Below, in pieces: positions 26,295 through 39,919 of a DNA stretch of 64,000 bases; the stretch's first letter is position 1, and every line of letters starts with the position of its first letter. The notes below the pieces were generated by a model. It saw only the letters and a program-made list of their open reading frames with translations, searched no databases and was not told where the DNA came from. The DNA comes from Callorhinchus milii. Taxonomy: Eukaryota. The stretch spans positions 42,596,001-42,660,000 of the forward strand of contig NW_024704743.1 of the NCBI RefSeq assembly GCF_018977255.1, written 5' to 3'. The position numbers were made by a program, and so were the translations under genes.

Positions 26295-26940
26295 GATTCA
26301 TGTAGCTCAGTGGTTAGAGCACTCGCCTCACAAGCGGAAGGACCTGGTTGAAGCCTCCCCTTCTGGCTACACCTTCCACCACAGCCCCCGCCCTAACCAA
26401 CATGCCAGCGGGGTGGCCTTCATCTCCCAAGCTTCCAATCTTAGGCAAGTGTCCTTACTTCACATGCCTCTGTTTACCCAATAGTAAGTAGAAACCTGGT
26501 TATTAGTCGATTGGCGGATTGCTTTTCCAGGGATAATATTCCCTTAAGAAAATAAATATTTAAAAAANTTTGGTTACTCAATCCCTGACTGTTTGTGGGA
26601 CACTGCCATGTTCCTCCCACAAAATATACAGGCAATTTACACTATATTCTGTGAAGCACTTTGAGACTTCTCGAAGACGTGATAAGGCCCTGTATCAAAA
26701 TGCAAGTATTAATTTTGTAGTTAGCGCACTCGCCTTGCAAGTGAGACACCTGGGTTCAATTCAAGGCAGGGCAAAACCTTGGGCAAGTTTCCTTACTCCT
26801 CACACCTAATAATAATTTCGACCACAAATATAGTCAATTCACTTTACAGTATATTCTGTGAAGCTTTGAGACGTCTAGAAGATGTGAAAAACACTATATC
26901 AAATGCAAGGATTATAATTATTATTAATATTATTATTATT
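26295..26940 (+). mobile_element. Two tandem family-A SINEs (full-type 26295-26712; shortened 26718-26940)
   Basis: Two tRNA heads and two tails. The first contains a single N at 26568. Confidence 0.8.
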
Positions 26941-26959
26941 CCCTCAGTTAATCCCCTTA

Positions 26960-28800
26960 TTCCTCTGTGCATCATGGACAAGGCCAACTTGGACCACTTC
27001 CTCATCTCCTTCTCCTCTTGCATCCCTCTCCCCTCCATCAAGCCCTCAACCATACTTTTCCACCCATGGAAAAGGCTTCCCGCGAGATCCTCACAAAGGG
27101 TCTCATGCTCAGACCTCCTATCTCTCCGGCCTTCCACCCACAGCGACCCTCAAGCAGCCATTAAGCTGCTCCATGATCGCCTCGCCTCATCTTCAACTCC
27201 CTCATTCCTCTGAAATCCAGGACCATCATCAAACCCACCCGCTCCCCCTGGTATAAAAGCCATCTCCGCTCCCAAACCCAGTTGCTCGAGGCAGGTGGCA
27301 GAAATCAGCCTCACAGTTCACCACCAGCTGTGGTTCGAACATCTTCACACCTACCACCATCCCTGTCGTGAGCAAAAACTGCGCACTACTCAAACATCAT
27401 ATTGGAGGCCAACAATAACTCCAAAATCCTATTCTCCACTGTCCACCACCTCCTCTGTGCGCTTCCTCAAGCACCCTCAATCATCACATCTAAACCCAAG
27501 TGCGAAGAGGTCATGGATTTCCTTACCTCTAAAATTTACAAAATCTCCCTGACAGCTTGATCCTTCTGCCCCATGTCGCCTACCACCACCCCCATTCTGT
27601 CTCTCTTACCCACCCCGCCCTCAGATCCTACCACAGCCCCCATCCTATATTCATTTGCCCCCATCTCTCCTTCCTCCCTCTCATCCACCATCACCACAAT
27701 GAATCCCACCACCTGTTGTCTCGATCTCCTCCCCACCCAACTGCCGATCATTCAGCTCCCCCTCCTCTGCCTACTGCTGGCAGACACTATTAACCAGTCT
27801 CTCTCCTCAGGATCAGTCCTAATCACCCTCAAAACTGCAGCCATCAGCCCCCTCCTTAAAATAACCTACCCTCAATCCCTCCAATCTCGGCCACTACCAC
27901 TCTATCTCAAACCTTACCCTTCCTTGCCAAAGCTCTGCAATGCATTGTTGCCAACCAACTTCGCTCACACCTCTTCCTCCACATACTACTCAATCCCCTT
28001 CAGGCCGGTTTCCACCCTCCACTCAGTACAGAGACAGTGCTTGAGAAGGTCACAAACAATATTCTCTCTATCTATGACATCAAAAGCTGGATGAGCACAA
28101 TTTTCCTGCAGTTAAATGTCAAGAAGATGGAAGCCTACTACTCTTTGGCTTCCATCGACAACTTCTGTCCCATTCTGACCTCCCCAATCTACCCGACCTG
28201 TCCTTAAGACTTTCCGAACCCGTGTGCAACTTGGATATCAAGTTATCCTTCCTCCCCCACATCCAGTCACTGACCAGCACTGCTTTCTTCCACCTCTGCC
28301 ACATTGCCCATCTCCGACAATACCTCACCCCAAAAGCTGCTGAAACCCTTGTCCATGCCTTTGTCACCTCTCGGCTGAAGACTACTCTAACGCCCTCCTC
28401 GCCGGTCTCCCCTCCTCCACTATTCACAAAATTCAGCTCATTCAAAACTCTGCCGCTTCATTCTCACCCTCACCAAACTTCGTACCCCGATTCCTCCAGT
28501 CCTTGCCAATCTCCACTGGCTCCCTGTCACAGAGTGGATCAACTTCAAGATCCTCACTCTAGTGTTTAAATCCCTCCATTCCTTGGCATCCCCCTATCTC
28601 TCTAAATCTCCTCTCTCCCCACAGAGGTACCCGCTGCCTCTGCTCTACTGGGTCCAGCCTCCTCCGTGTCCCCCGAATCCTCTGCTCCACCATCGGCAGC
28701 CGTGCCTTCAGCCATTATGGCCCGAAAGTTTGGAACTCCCTCCCTCAACCCATTCACCTTGTCCCCTCCTTCCTCATCTTCAGGTCTTCGACCGTATTTT
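26960..28800 (+). mobile_element. Older L2 LINE fragment, ~1.8 kb
   Basis: ORFs give PTTCCLDLLPT, DTINQSLSSG..LKTAAISPLLK and AAETLVHAFVTSRL. Confidence 0.85.
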
Positions 28801-29214
28801 TTTTGCATTCCCAATTTTGAAATTGGAAACATTGCAGTTTTTCTGCTAATCTTATTACCTCACACGTAAAGCACTGAGCATTGATGAACATAAACATGTC
28901 TTCTGTCTCCACTCTACTAAACTATCACTGGCTGTTTGTCCTCCAGATCAATGATCCTTCACCTCATCACTGTTTTGTGAGACTTTGTTGATACAAATGG
29001 CTGCTGTGTTTGCCCAGGATAGAGTGACTATATTAGACAGAAATTGCCTGTGAAATGCTTTGACATAATAAAATGCTATAAAAAGTTATTTCTCTCTTTT
29101 TCCAAAACCATTATGGTGGTTGAGTTCCTCCCCATCAGCCATTTCTTTTCTTGGGCCTAGCTTGTCAATCTTTTCCCACTTCTGTCTCTTCTCTTCTCTT
29201 CCAATGCCCTAATA

Positions 29215-29860
29215 CTTTTTTTTGAAAATGTATATTTATTTACAAATATAATATTCAGTACAACAGAAATCCAAAACAAACATAACATCTTCTGTTACAA
29301 TTTTTTCCTTTTCTCCTGATACAAAAACACATTCTGTTGTTTACGGTGCATCCCTTCCCTTTAACACAGTCGGGAGTCGCCCCCATGTTCACCACATCCA
29401 TGTGCGCGCCCACACACACCCTGATAAGGCGCACTTGCCGCTTTGGGAAGGCACCCGGTGTGTACCGTACGTGCACATGTTTACTGTACATACATTTTTG
29501 GGATGCTCTTTGGTTACATCTCAAGCGTCCTTCTGTACCCTTACTTCAGTCAGTTTTTGGTGCCTCATGGGCTACCCGGTGAGTGCTCCCTGAGCAGGTT
29601 ACGCCGGAGCAGATCCTGCCGGGGTCAGGCCCCATCTGGCCTTTGCCGTGGTTGAGCTGAACTCCAGCTTGTCCCTCAGTATCTAGTCCCAGACCCTAGT
29701 GTGTGTGAGCCTGAGGCAAGTCCTCACCATCCCCTTGGTCTGCCAGAAGAACACCTGGTTTTGGAAATTACTGAGTTTATGATCTTCCAGGCACACTCGA
29801 TGTAGGTTTTGCTGTGAATGCCCAGACAGAGGCTGTACAGCACCGAGTGCCATGTTCACT
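29215..29860 (-). mobile_element. Tx1/L1-clade LINE 3' end with poly(A)
   Basis: T-run at 29216-29223 and tttatt poly(A) signal. The minus strand encodes an ORF2 C-terminal remnant (CAWKIINSV; CLRL.H.RV.D.ILRD.L....AKARWG). Confidence 0.65.
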
Positions 29861-30554
29861 TCTGTATTAGATACTTAGGATTCATAGTTTTTCTTTTGAT
29901 CATACTGCAGTCAACTCCATGCTAAGTGTATCTGGAATCACTGCACAGGAAATAGTTTCATTACCTCTCAAGTCACAATGGGTAGGATCCACTTTCCTGA
30001 GTCTTCAGAGTCATACAATCAGGTCTAGGAGTCTCACTGCTAAAATACTACAATCCAGTCTTTTTTTAAATCCCTTCATTTTTATCTCCCGTGGCTTTTA
30101 TCTCTTTTCTTAAAGTAATGAATGTCTCAGTACCTGTTCCTGTAACAGTTTGATTTTAGAACTAAAATATCATTACCCTTGATCATCGGACAACTAACCA
30201 TCTTAAAATGACACAACTAAGGATGAATATCACACCCAAAGGACTGTTTAACAGCTGAATCCACTCTGATTACATTTTACACCTACTCGTGAATCATTCC
30301 CAAAGAGTCAGCCAGGCCTTGTGCAGTTCTAAATGTAGAGTTTCTGTCAGATCCCATTAGCACAATACCTCAGATGGAGCCATATGCTCAAATGACTCTG
30401 ACTTCACTGCTGGTCAGAAATTATCATCAATCAACAGTGCCTGAAGGCAAGTATAAACTTAATCCAAAGCCGATGCTATCAGTAATTTGGGGATTTACAA
30501 TAAAATCACAATGAGGTATAGGGGGAGCTTGTGATTCTTTAAGGCAATCTGTTC

Positions 30555-32270
30555 AACAACAACAAAATTACATTTGTATAGCGCCTTTCACGTCGAGAGA
30601 ACGTACCAAAGTGCTGGACAGTCAGTGTTTCGGATCTGAGCTGGGGGCTGTGATCAGGGAGGGTGGCGGACAGTGGGGGGAAGGATGGTGATCGAAGGCA
30701 TGGTTGAAGAGGAGGGTCTTGAGATGGGTATTGAAGGAGGCAAGGGAGGGGGCGAGGCAGAGGGACTGTGGGATGGAGTTCCAGAGGGTGGGGGCAGAGG
30801 CTGAAGGACACCCACCAATGGTGAGGCGGGGAATGTAAAGCAGGCCGGAGCCCACTGAACAGAGGGAGCTGGCAGGTTGGTAGGGGTTTAGGAGGTCACA
30901 GAGGGTAGGGGAGAGCAAGGCCATGGAGGGCTTTGAAGGTGAGGACCAGGAACTTGAACTCTGTGTGATGGGAAGCCAGTGGAGTCGGGCGAAGATGGGG
31001 GTGATAGGGTCAGGGTGCCTCGTGGGGGAGAGGATACAAGCTGAAAAGTTGTGGATGATCTGCAGCCTATGGAGGAGGAGTTGGGGAGGCTGACAAGTGG
31101 GGAATTTGCAAAGTCGAGCCTGGATGTTATGAATGCATGTGTGAAGGTTTAGCCGGCCTGCGGTATGAGACAGTAGCATAGCCTGGCAATGTTGTGGAGG
31201 TGGGGGAAGGCAGAGCGGATCATGGCACGGATGTGGGTTAGGAAGGATAGTTGTGGGTCAAACAAAACGCCAAGGTTCCGCACTGGCTTAGTAAGGTGGA
31301 GTGTCCAACCATGGATGGTGATGCTGTCAGCGCCTGTGGTGAGGAGTCGCTGACGGGCGCTAATCAGGAGAGCCTCGGCCTTGTGAATGTTCAACTGAAG
31401 AAGGTTAGCTCTCATCCAGGGCTTGGTGTCTGTTAGCAGTGGACCTGGAGTCAAGGGTGAAGACAGTGAGGAACAGTTGGGTGTCCACCGCATACATGTA
31501 GAAGTAAGTTGACCCCATGTCTAAAGATGATGTCACCAAGAGGGAGTATATAGATATTGAAGAGGAGGGGATCAAGGACAGAGCCCTGAGGAACGCCGCA
31601 CGAGACAGTGCGAAGGCTATAGGAGAAGCCATCTATGGAGATAATGCGGAGATGGTGTGAGAGTTAGGAACTGAACCATTCAAGGACAGAATCATGAAGG
31701 TTGAGGTGAGGAGAGGTAGTGAATGGGGTAGCGAGTGGTCAATGGTATCGAAAGCAGCAGAGAGGTCAAGGAGGACAAGGAGGCAGAGGGAGCCCTGGTT
31801 GCACATGGACAAAATGTCATTTGTTTCTTTGAACAAAGCTGTTTCTGTGCTGTGTGCGGCACAGAAACCCGATTGGTGGGGTATGTGAAGGGAGTGGTGG
31901 GAGAGGAAGGAGCGAACCTGGTAATCAACAATTCTTTTCTGGTGCTTGGAAAAGAAAAGGAGGTTGGAGTTGGGGCAGTAATTTGAGTCCAGGGTCCAGG
32001 AGGATTTTTTAAGGATAGGAGTGATGACAGCCATTTTTAAAGTAGGTGGGAACAGTGCCAGTGGACAGGGAGAGGTTTATGATGTCTGTGAGTAAAGGGG
32101 CAAGGAGGTGGAGCTGGGCGTTAAGGAGAGGGGTAGGGATGGGGTTGAGGGAGCAAGTGGTTGGTTTCAAGCAGGTTACAGTGGTAATGGGAGAGGAGTG
32201 GGAGACAGGTTTGAAAGTGTGGAGGGAGGGATGGGTAGGGGCCGGGGTGCGAGGGGGAAGATAGGGAGGG
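30555..32270 (-). mobile_element. L2 LINE fragment, ~1.7 kb, frameshifted RT
   Basis: [47 protein letters not shown] and LHWLPI, plus tail. Confidence 0.9.
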
Positions 32271-34734
32271 GATAATAGACAACAACAACAACAACATTAC
32301 ATTTGTATAGCGCCTTTCACGTCAGGAGAACGTCCCAAGGCCCTGCACAGTCAGACGGAAGGGCAGAGGCAGCTGAGCGGATCCCCACTTTATAACGTAA
32401 AGTAAATTTCGAGGAATTTCAGCATCACCTGCAATTGGCATTGGAGGAGAGCATGGGCGAGGCATGAGAGGGTGGGCAGAGGGGCCGGTTGGTGTGCAAG
32501 ATGTATTTGCAAGGTTAGTCTCATCAGATACATTTTCCATCCCGAAGACATGTTCTTTGCCTGAACATACAACATTAATTAATATATATGGTTTAAAGGT
32601 TAAATTTCGAACAATAGCAAGAGAATAAATCTTCAAATTAACATAAAAAGCAATTACAAAAAGGCTTTTTCGTGGCCAGTGAAATGTTTCACTGAAGAGA
32701 ATGTTGGACATAGAATCCATTAAACATGATTCATGGTAAACAGAAGCATATATTGGTCAATGTCACAATATTAGGACATTTCTGCAACTGGAAATCCATT
32801 AATGCAGTCTTTCTTTGACAGTGGATTTACATATTTCATTTGTGATGCGCCATTATCTTAACTTCAGATATATGGCAGTACATTAAAGTTGATTCACCAT
32901 AGTTTTACATAGGGCTTCAATCAATAAGCTAAAAGTTTAATTGCATGCGTTTGAGTGTCTTTTGTTCTCCTTTCTTTTCCTTGGATTTCTGTGTTTAGTG
33001 TTTCTCCAGGCTACAAGTCCCTGTTTTAGCTTTACTGGCTGAGAAGGTGGATGAGCGCAGACTAGACTAAGTTAGTAGGCACTTTGAGCTCAGCTTCCAG
33101 TGCAGTGCTGGGTGTGCACTGTATTGTTGGAGATGCTGTCCTTTAAATTAATGTTAAACTGAGGGTTCATTTGCCAGTTCAGCAGGACAATAATGATCCC
33201 TTGGCACTATTTGAAAACAGAACAGAGTTTATCCTGATATCCTGACCAACAATTGCCCAGATAAAAAATGATAATTGACTTCATGACTGTTTGTGGGACA
33301 CAGCTGTGAGCAAATTGTTTGTCATGATTGCCTACAAAATACACAGTCACTACACAGAATCATGGTATATTGCAGCATTTGGTCTATTGTGCCTAGGCTG
33401 GCTCTTTGGAAGAGCTACCTAATCAGTTCCACTCCCCTGCTTTTTCCCCATATCGTTGCAAATGTTTCCTTTTCAAGTAGTTATCCAATTCCCTTTTTTC
33501 AGAAGTTATTGAGTTGGGTATTGTGGTTGTGGTTGTACCATGATACCCATGGCACAACCATGAATGAAAAACAATTCAACAAAGAAAAAAAAATTTGTTG
33601 ACCGATCAAAAAGTTTGGTCACCACTGCCCTACGTAACATTACATGTACTAGCAGTAAACCTGCGCTTGTCAGATATCAAATGACTAACTAATGACTATC
33701 CTCCTGGAATGGGGGGAGATAAGTGGGGACTCTTTGGAGCTGAACTGGCTCCAAAGTGACATGTGCTTCACAGAATATAGCGTAAAGTAAATTAACTGTG
33801 TATTTTGGGGGGGAAATGCGGCAGCTAGTTTCGCACAGCAACATTCCACAAACAGCCATGGAGTGAATGACCAGAGGATTACTGTGGACCCCTGCTAATG
33901 ACAATACAGCCAAGCTGGCACATCGGCATGACTTGGAAGGGCAGACCAGTCACGGGGGGCAGGGATTCTTCTAGCAGACATTTATGGGCAATAATTGAGA
34001 GTGGGTATCCTGGTTTGCTAGTGTGGGAACTCCTAGAGTCCTGGTGCTGCTATCAGAGTAAGTACCTCATGTATTGACCATAGTTTTAAACCATTAGTAG
34101 ATTGTGGTGCTATATCAAATGCAAGGATTATTAATCATACATTGCCCCAATCTGACTATTTGGGGAAGTGTCTTGGAACCATATATCAGCCAAGGAAAAT
34201 CTTTGGATTCTAGAGCTTGGGCTAACTTTGCGATGACTTGGTTGATAGAATGCAAATATTTGAGAAATTATGTATTCATTGGATTTAACTACTTCTTTGG
34301 ATGGATGGATGTGAATGAAATGCAATATCTTCAATTTAATGTTAATTATTCACTCATAGATTTCCTGCCATTGACAAAAGAAAACTAAATTTTGCAAATT
34401 GAACTCAATGTCAGTGCCCACAGATGGCACACGTATTTGCTTCATCTGATAAATAGGGTGAGCAGAATCTGCTATAAAATGAATTTTAACAATGCCAATT
34501 GGATGGGTAGCTCTATGCACTGCTGAATGCAAAGTAATAGGTAATTGATTCCTGTGGATTTCATCTGCAAATAAAAATGCAAATTTCTTTTTTCAAAATA
34601 GGTGAGTGCACAAACCATCCATGGAATAAACACAATATTGTATTTTAAGAGATTGCTTAAATTGAGAAATATATATTGGTATGGTGAATGCATCATTAAC
34701 TTACTCTAACTGCATGTATAATACATGAGAATCA

Positions 34735-35130
34735 GATAAGAACATAAGAAATGCTGGATGAAAAAATGTTCCATCTCGTTCACCTTCCACCTTCCTGGCG
34801 GTTGCATGCACATATGTCCCGAATTACCTATGTACTGTATCCCATAATGTTATTTCCTAAAAGAAAACTATCTAATCAGTGTTTGAAGGAATCAACATTT
34901 CCTGCTTCAACAGTCTCCCTAGGGAGCCTGTTCCACAGGTATACTACTTGCTCACTGAAATAGTGTTCCGTAGATTCGTTTTGAATTTGCCCTCCTTCAA
35001 TCGCAAGCCGTGTCCTCTGGTTTTACTATTCTGGACAAGTTGAAACAGCCTGTCATGATCTAGATTGTTTAGCCCCTTTAGAATCTTAAAAACAGCAATA
35101 ATGTCTCATCTCAATCTGATCTTTTCCAGC
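34735..35130 (-). mobile_element. CR1-type LINE 3' fragment
   Basis: (cataagaa) tail and reverse-complement TRGH/WN.LP coding remnant. A related copy lies at ~45870-46155 (-). Confidence 0.75.
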
Positions 35131-35371
35131 AGGTACAGTCTGCTGTTTGGGTAGATCTCCCAGGACTCGGCATGATAGACCTCAGATAGGGCCACATCCG
35201 AGATGCAAAAAAAACCCCAGCCCAGTAGTAAAAAAAATGGGCACCAACTCAAAAAATGCCTCCTTGCTGAGCCCATTTTGGCCATATGGACATAAATCAC
35301 TGGGGGTTGCCACCACATAACTCCTCTCCTCAAAAGTTTTTGACTTATTTCCTTGAGCACTATGGTACTAA

Positions 35372-35504
35372 ATGAAGCACTTCGCTTGATTGAAACCTTT
35401 GGTCACAACACATGCAGCCACTGTACGAGCTTGAGTTTGAAGCTCACTCATATTGTAGCTGCATGTGTTGTGACAAAAAGTTTCAATCAAACAATATGCT
35501 TCAT
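35372..35504. repeat. Imperfect inverted repeat (foldback), ~60-bp arms
   Basis: atgaagca..ttgattgaaac.ttt.gtcacaacacatgcagc pairs with gctgcatgtgttgtgacaaaaagtttcaatcaa..tgcttcat. Confidence 0.85.
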
Positions 35505-35515
35505 GGTTTATTTAC

Positions 35516-35601
35516 ATTTATGTTAGTACCTGCCTCCCACCAACATTCAGTGAATTTCACAGTGGCTTGAATGTTGGTGGGAGGCAGGTACTAACATAAA
35601 T
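35516..35601. repeat. Perfect 34-bp inverted repeat with an 18-nt loop
   Basis: atttatgttagtacctgcctcccaccaacattca (35516-35549) is the exact reverse complement of 35568-35601. Confidence 0.95.
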
Positions 35602-37899
35602 ACTTAAATAGTTAAAGAAGAAAGAACTCCGAAATAAAGGGACATGAGGTAAGGAAATTTCAAATATTAATTTAACTTTCAACCGAAGACCTTCCTTCCC
35701 ACCACAAAGCCTTGCACATGTGTTGCCACATTCTCTGCCAGCCTTGCGTCATGTGCTGCTCGGCACCTGCGCTCTCACCTCCCTCCTGGGCACGCTCTCT
35801 CTCTTACAATAACGACAACTAATTAAATTTGTATAGCATCTTTCATGTCTGGAGGATGTCCCAAGACTCTCAACCACAAGTCCGCATAGCGGCATTGCAA
35901 AAAGCCAGCAAACTGCAAGGCAGTAGGAAAAACACCCAGGTGGCAGTCGTAACCTCAGGTTATAGGAATGTGTCCCCACTTGAACTTGTATCCTGTTACA
36001 AAGTGCAGCATTAGCCTATCCCAAATATACCGTTAACAGTGCAGAATGTTAGCTGTAAGTCACATGTTATTCCGAAGCAATCTGTTAAAACACCAATAGT
36101 ACAGGTCCACAGAAAACTATGGGTGGCAGGAATATGGCTACAAAGTGACAAGTGTGCTAAAGCAGAAATGTAATCTGTATGGAACTGCTTAAGAAATAGT
36201 TGTCTTGCCTGGAATTAGATTTGTGAAGGTGTGTGTACAGTATGAACTCTGTATTCTTAACGTTCTTCAAGTATGATGATATCTGAGATTCCTGCAGCAT
36301 TTTAGCTGAAGTGTAGGGGCTGATATCATCTGGGTCCAAAGCTATCTTTCCAGGCAATATAGTGTACATTTGAGTAAAGCTTTTGAATCTTTTCTGAACT
36401 TTGAAATAGCATGTTGATTTTTTAACACTCCAAAGAGATAGTCTAGAAGCTTTGAGTCTTTTCTGGGAGGCGATATCACTTAAGGAGTTGTCTTCTTTCC
36501 TGTTTGGATTACTTGATTAGTGTTGTACAGATTGTTTGACAATAGAGGCTGTAAACAAAAACAGAATATTGAATGTTTTGGGGTTTTCTGCTAGTGCTCG
36601 ATACTCTGCAGCACTGGATGAAAGAAAGCAATTAATATTTAAAGCAAGATTTGTCAAGTTTAATTTGCACTTCATTCTGATAATGTGTTAAGGTTTTAAT
36701 TGTTTTTTTCTCTCTGACAATTTGTCTTGATCACTTTCCTCTCCTCCCCTTCACTCGTCCTCTTCATCCTTCACAAGATCACAACATTACAAGATCACTA
36801 GTTGGTCTTCGATATCCAACAAGCATGAATTTGAGCTCTTGTTAGGTGGATGGCAAGTACAAGATGCTTTCCTAATGAGTTCTTGTTAGTTTCCATTTTA
36901 TAATATATTCTTATAAATATAAGTATATAAATATATAAATATAAAATATATAAATATAAAATATACCATGAAAAACGTTCTATTGGCAGTTCTTGGACTA
37001 CCAATGAACAGCCTGAAAGCTTTCAAGTACCATTGGGAGGCAAAGACAGACTAAATTTATACCCGTTGCAGTCAGATATTAGGATGTCAAATTGAAGTAC
37101 TCCTGAGACCACTTCCTCCAGGGAAGGGGTGGGGGGGAGGGGGATAGGCCTGTGACTGTTGTGCTGGGCTTTACATTTTACATCTCACAGTGAACTGCAC
37201 ACAAAGTAATGATAATTCCCGGGAAAAGCATGCAGTGTGAAAGAGTACAGAATACATGCAGCATCTATCTGTACTAATAAAACAAGATCTCAATAACCGA
37301 TTGACTGTTCAGCGCCTTGGGACGTCCTCTCAACGTGAAAGGCACTTTGCAAATTTAATTTTGCGATTGACATAGAGACATGATTCATACCTCATCAGAA
37401 AGGTCTTGCTACTGAGAGTGCCATGGGCATATTTGTTTTCGGGGATCTCCTATCTTTGATGAGCTACGACCTAAACAAGCTCATCAAACAAGTATGGCAG
37501 TTTTGCGCTGCAGTTACCCCAGTGGTGCTACGACATAGTGAGTCAGAGAGCACGTACGCATGCACTCATACGAAGCCATGCGGTGGGAACAAGACACAAC
37601 AACAACAACACATTTGTAAAGCATCTCATCTCGGGAGGATATCCCAATGATTAACAATTTGTAAATTAATATGTATCATTATAAAGATGCCTAAGCGAAT
37701 GGGCCCCTCCCCCGGGAATTCAATGAGAGACACTGGGTGCGCCAGGGAGCTTGGCTGTTCCCACCGGAATTGCCCCAGGCCCCCAAAATGGGGCGGGAGC
37801 CCCGCCCAACGCCCACAGTGACTGTGTGAGCAGGGGATGTGGTTACCTCCCGATCGGGTCTGCCCTCTCCCCCTTTCGAACTGTTACGACTACCTGCCG

Positions 37900-38620
37900 T
37901 TAGGACCACTCGGAGATTGCGCGGGGTTCTGGGATGGTGTTCTTGAGGAATTTCTCAACATAGGATAGGTGGATCAGCTCCAACTGTGTGGAATGTTTTG
38001 AGGCAGTTCTGCCAGACCCACCATTCTTAGCACCGGGTGCAGGTAGAAACCCATCACGTGGCGGCATTCGTTGCTGGCGTAGCGGGGCTCCAGGCACAGC
38101 CTCAGGCAGCTGCACATAAAGGTAGCCATGAGGATCAGGGCAACATTAGGGACTCCTGTCCCTCCTTTTCCGGGGTTTTGTGCATTGTGTCTCTGTGGAC
38201 ACAATCCATCTTGGATCCCCAGATCAGTTGGAAGACTCTCTGGTAACTGCAGTGGCATTGTTCCTGGTCACAGGCCAGACCTGGGCCACATACAGTAACA
38301 CCAAGAGCGCCTCACACTTTATCACCAGATTTTTCCCGGTGATGGACAGCGACCGCTGGCGCCACATCACCAGTTTCTTCCTCACTACACCTCGAAGCTC
38401 CTCACAGGTTTTTCAGCATGTTCCGGCAGCCCCGAACCAGATGTCGAGGACTTTGATGTAGTTTAGCTTCACCGCAAAGGGCATGAGACTGCGTTCTTTC
38501 CAGTCTCCAAAATACATCACCTCGCTTTTCTGGCAGTTGAACTTGGTCCCCGAGGCTCGTTCAAACCGGTCGCAAGTGCCTAACAGACTCAGCAACACAG
38601 ATGATGCTGTGAGGAACCAG
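37900..38620 (-). mobile_element. Tx1/L1-clade LINE ORF2 fragment
   Basis: ORF 38413-38721 contains CDRFERASGTKFNCQKSEVMYFGDW...YIKVLDIWFG (post-RT F..ASG.K.N..KS motif). Nearby GKGGTGVPNVALILMATF. Confidence 0.75.
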
Positions 38621-39919
38621 TAGGAACAGCCAGGCTCCTGATGCTCTCGGTTCAGCGGGGTGGCTGACACATGTGGAACCCAATCACCATGTCTCCAAAC
38701 CAAGATGGGATTTCCAGACATCCCGCGTCCACTTGGAAATCCCAGAGATAGATTGTTGGAAAGGAATGTCTTGGAAAGTATGTGGGGGCACAGGGCGGGG
38801 TGTTTGGAGGATCGTGGGGCTCACGCACGCGTAAGGATGGGATCAGTCACACCTTCAGGACATTTTCTGGTTAAATAACCTACAAACAATCACTTTCCAT
38901 ATTCACACATGAAGAAAAGCCACTTCCTGGATAAACTGTATTTAAAGGGCGACTTAATCTATTTGTAACTTGCATACGCCAGTTCTACTGAACTTCGGCT
39001 TCCAAAACAAAATTTTCCGAGTTTCCCAGAGCCATTCGGTAATTACTAACCACACTCACACTGGTTAATGCTTTTATCGAACACATAAACTTTGCAGAAC
39101 ATATTTTAAACAACAGATAGGCATAGAAAACAAAGGGGTGACCATGACAAATGTACAATTATATTAATTATATAATATACAATTATACTTTATTTAATTG
39201 AAGCACAAATACATCTTGTTTCCTCTATATTCATTGTTTTTGTTTTCTCCTTAAATTTTCCTTCCAGTTTCCTCCCCCTTCCTCCCCAATCTTCAGGTAG
39301 GATCACAGATCCACTGGTGCCGAGTGCTCTCTGAGGTTCATCTAAGTGCCTCTTCTTCACATGTGGATGCAGTATTTAAATGGTTGTAGGTGATTTCACC
39401 AAGGAAAGCATCACAGCTGTGACACATAGGAGATCAGAAGCAGGATATTTCTTCTCCCAAGTCGATAAAGGCTCCCTAAATGTTGCCTCTTTAAAGTTGA
39501 GTATTGATTTGTTTTAGGTAGTTAAGAGTTTTAAAAATAGCTTTGTTAATCCTAGCTAATTTTGGTAAAAAAGCATTGGTGGCTTTGGAGGATGTCTGCG
39601 GTTTGGCCTCTCGTTGGGGAATGGGCTGAGGTGCCGGCTGACCCAAGAAAGTCAAAGTACAAATACCTTTTTTAAAAAATAAATCAATGACCTTCGATTA
39701 AAAAAAGAGACATTTCGTATTTCAATTTAATGTTTTCCCTACACTTCAGACTCCCAGTGTTACACATAGAATACAGGGTGGGATCCAGCTCGAACTCTGT
39801 ATCACTTCCCCCAGAAACAGTGAGTAGGAGATGCCCCGCAGCAGTGAAGAGCCTGTCATTGTGGTGCAGTCTCATTAGTTATGCACTGGAGGGGGTTGGG
39901 CAAGGTCCTGGAACGAGTC

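Noticed and set aside
33515..33627. aaaaagtttggtcaccactg resembling a hAT-Charlie end
   Set aside because: Single short terminus with no partner TIR or 8-bp TSD identified.
35542..35549. AACATTCA (miR-181 5' end) in the perfect hairpin
   Set aside because: The rest does not match miR-181 and the 8-mer lies against the loop. Chance match.
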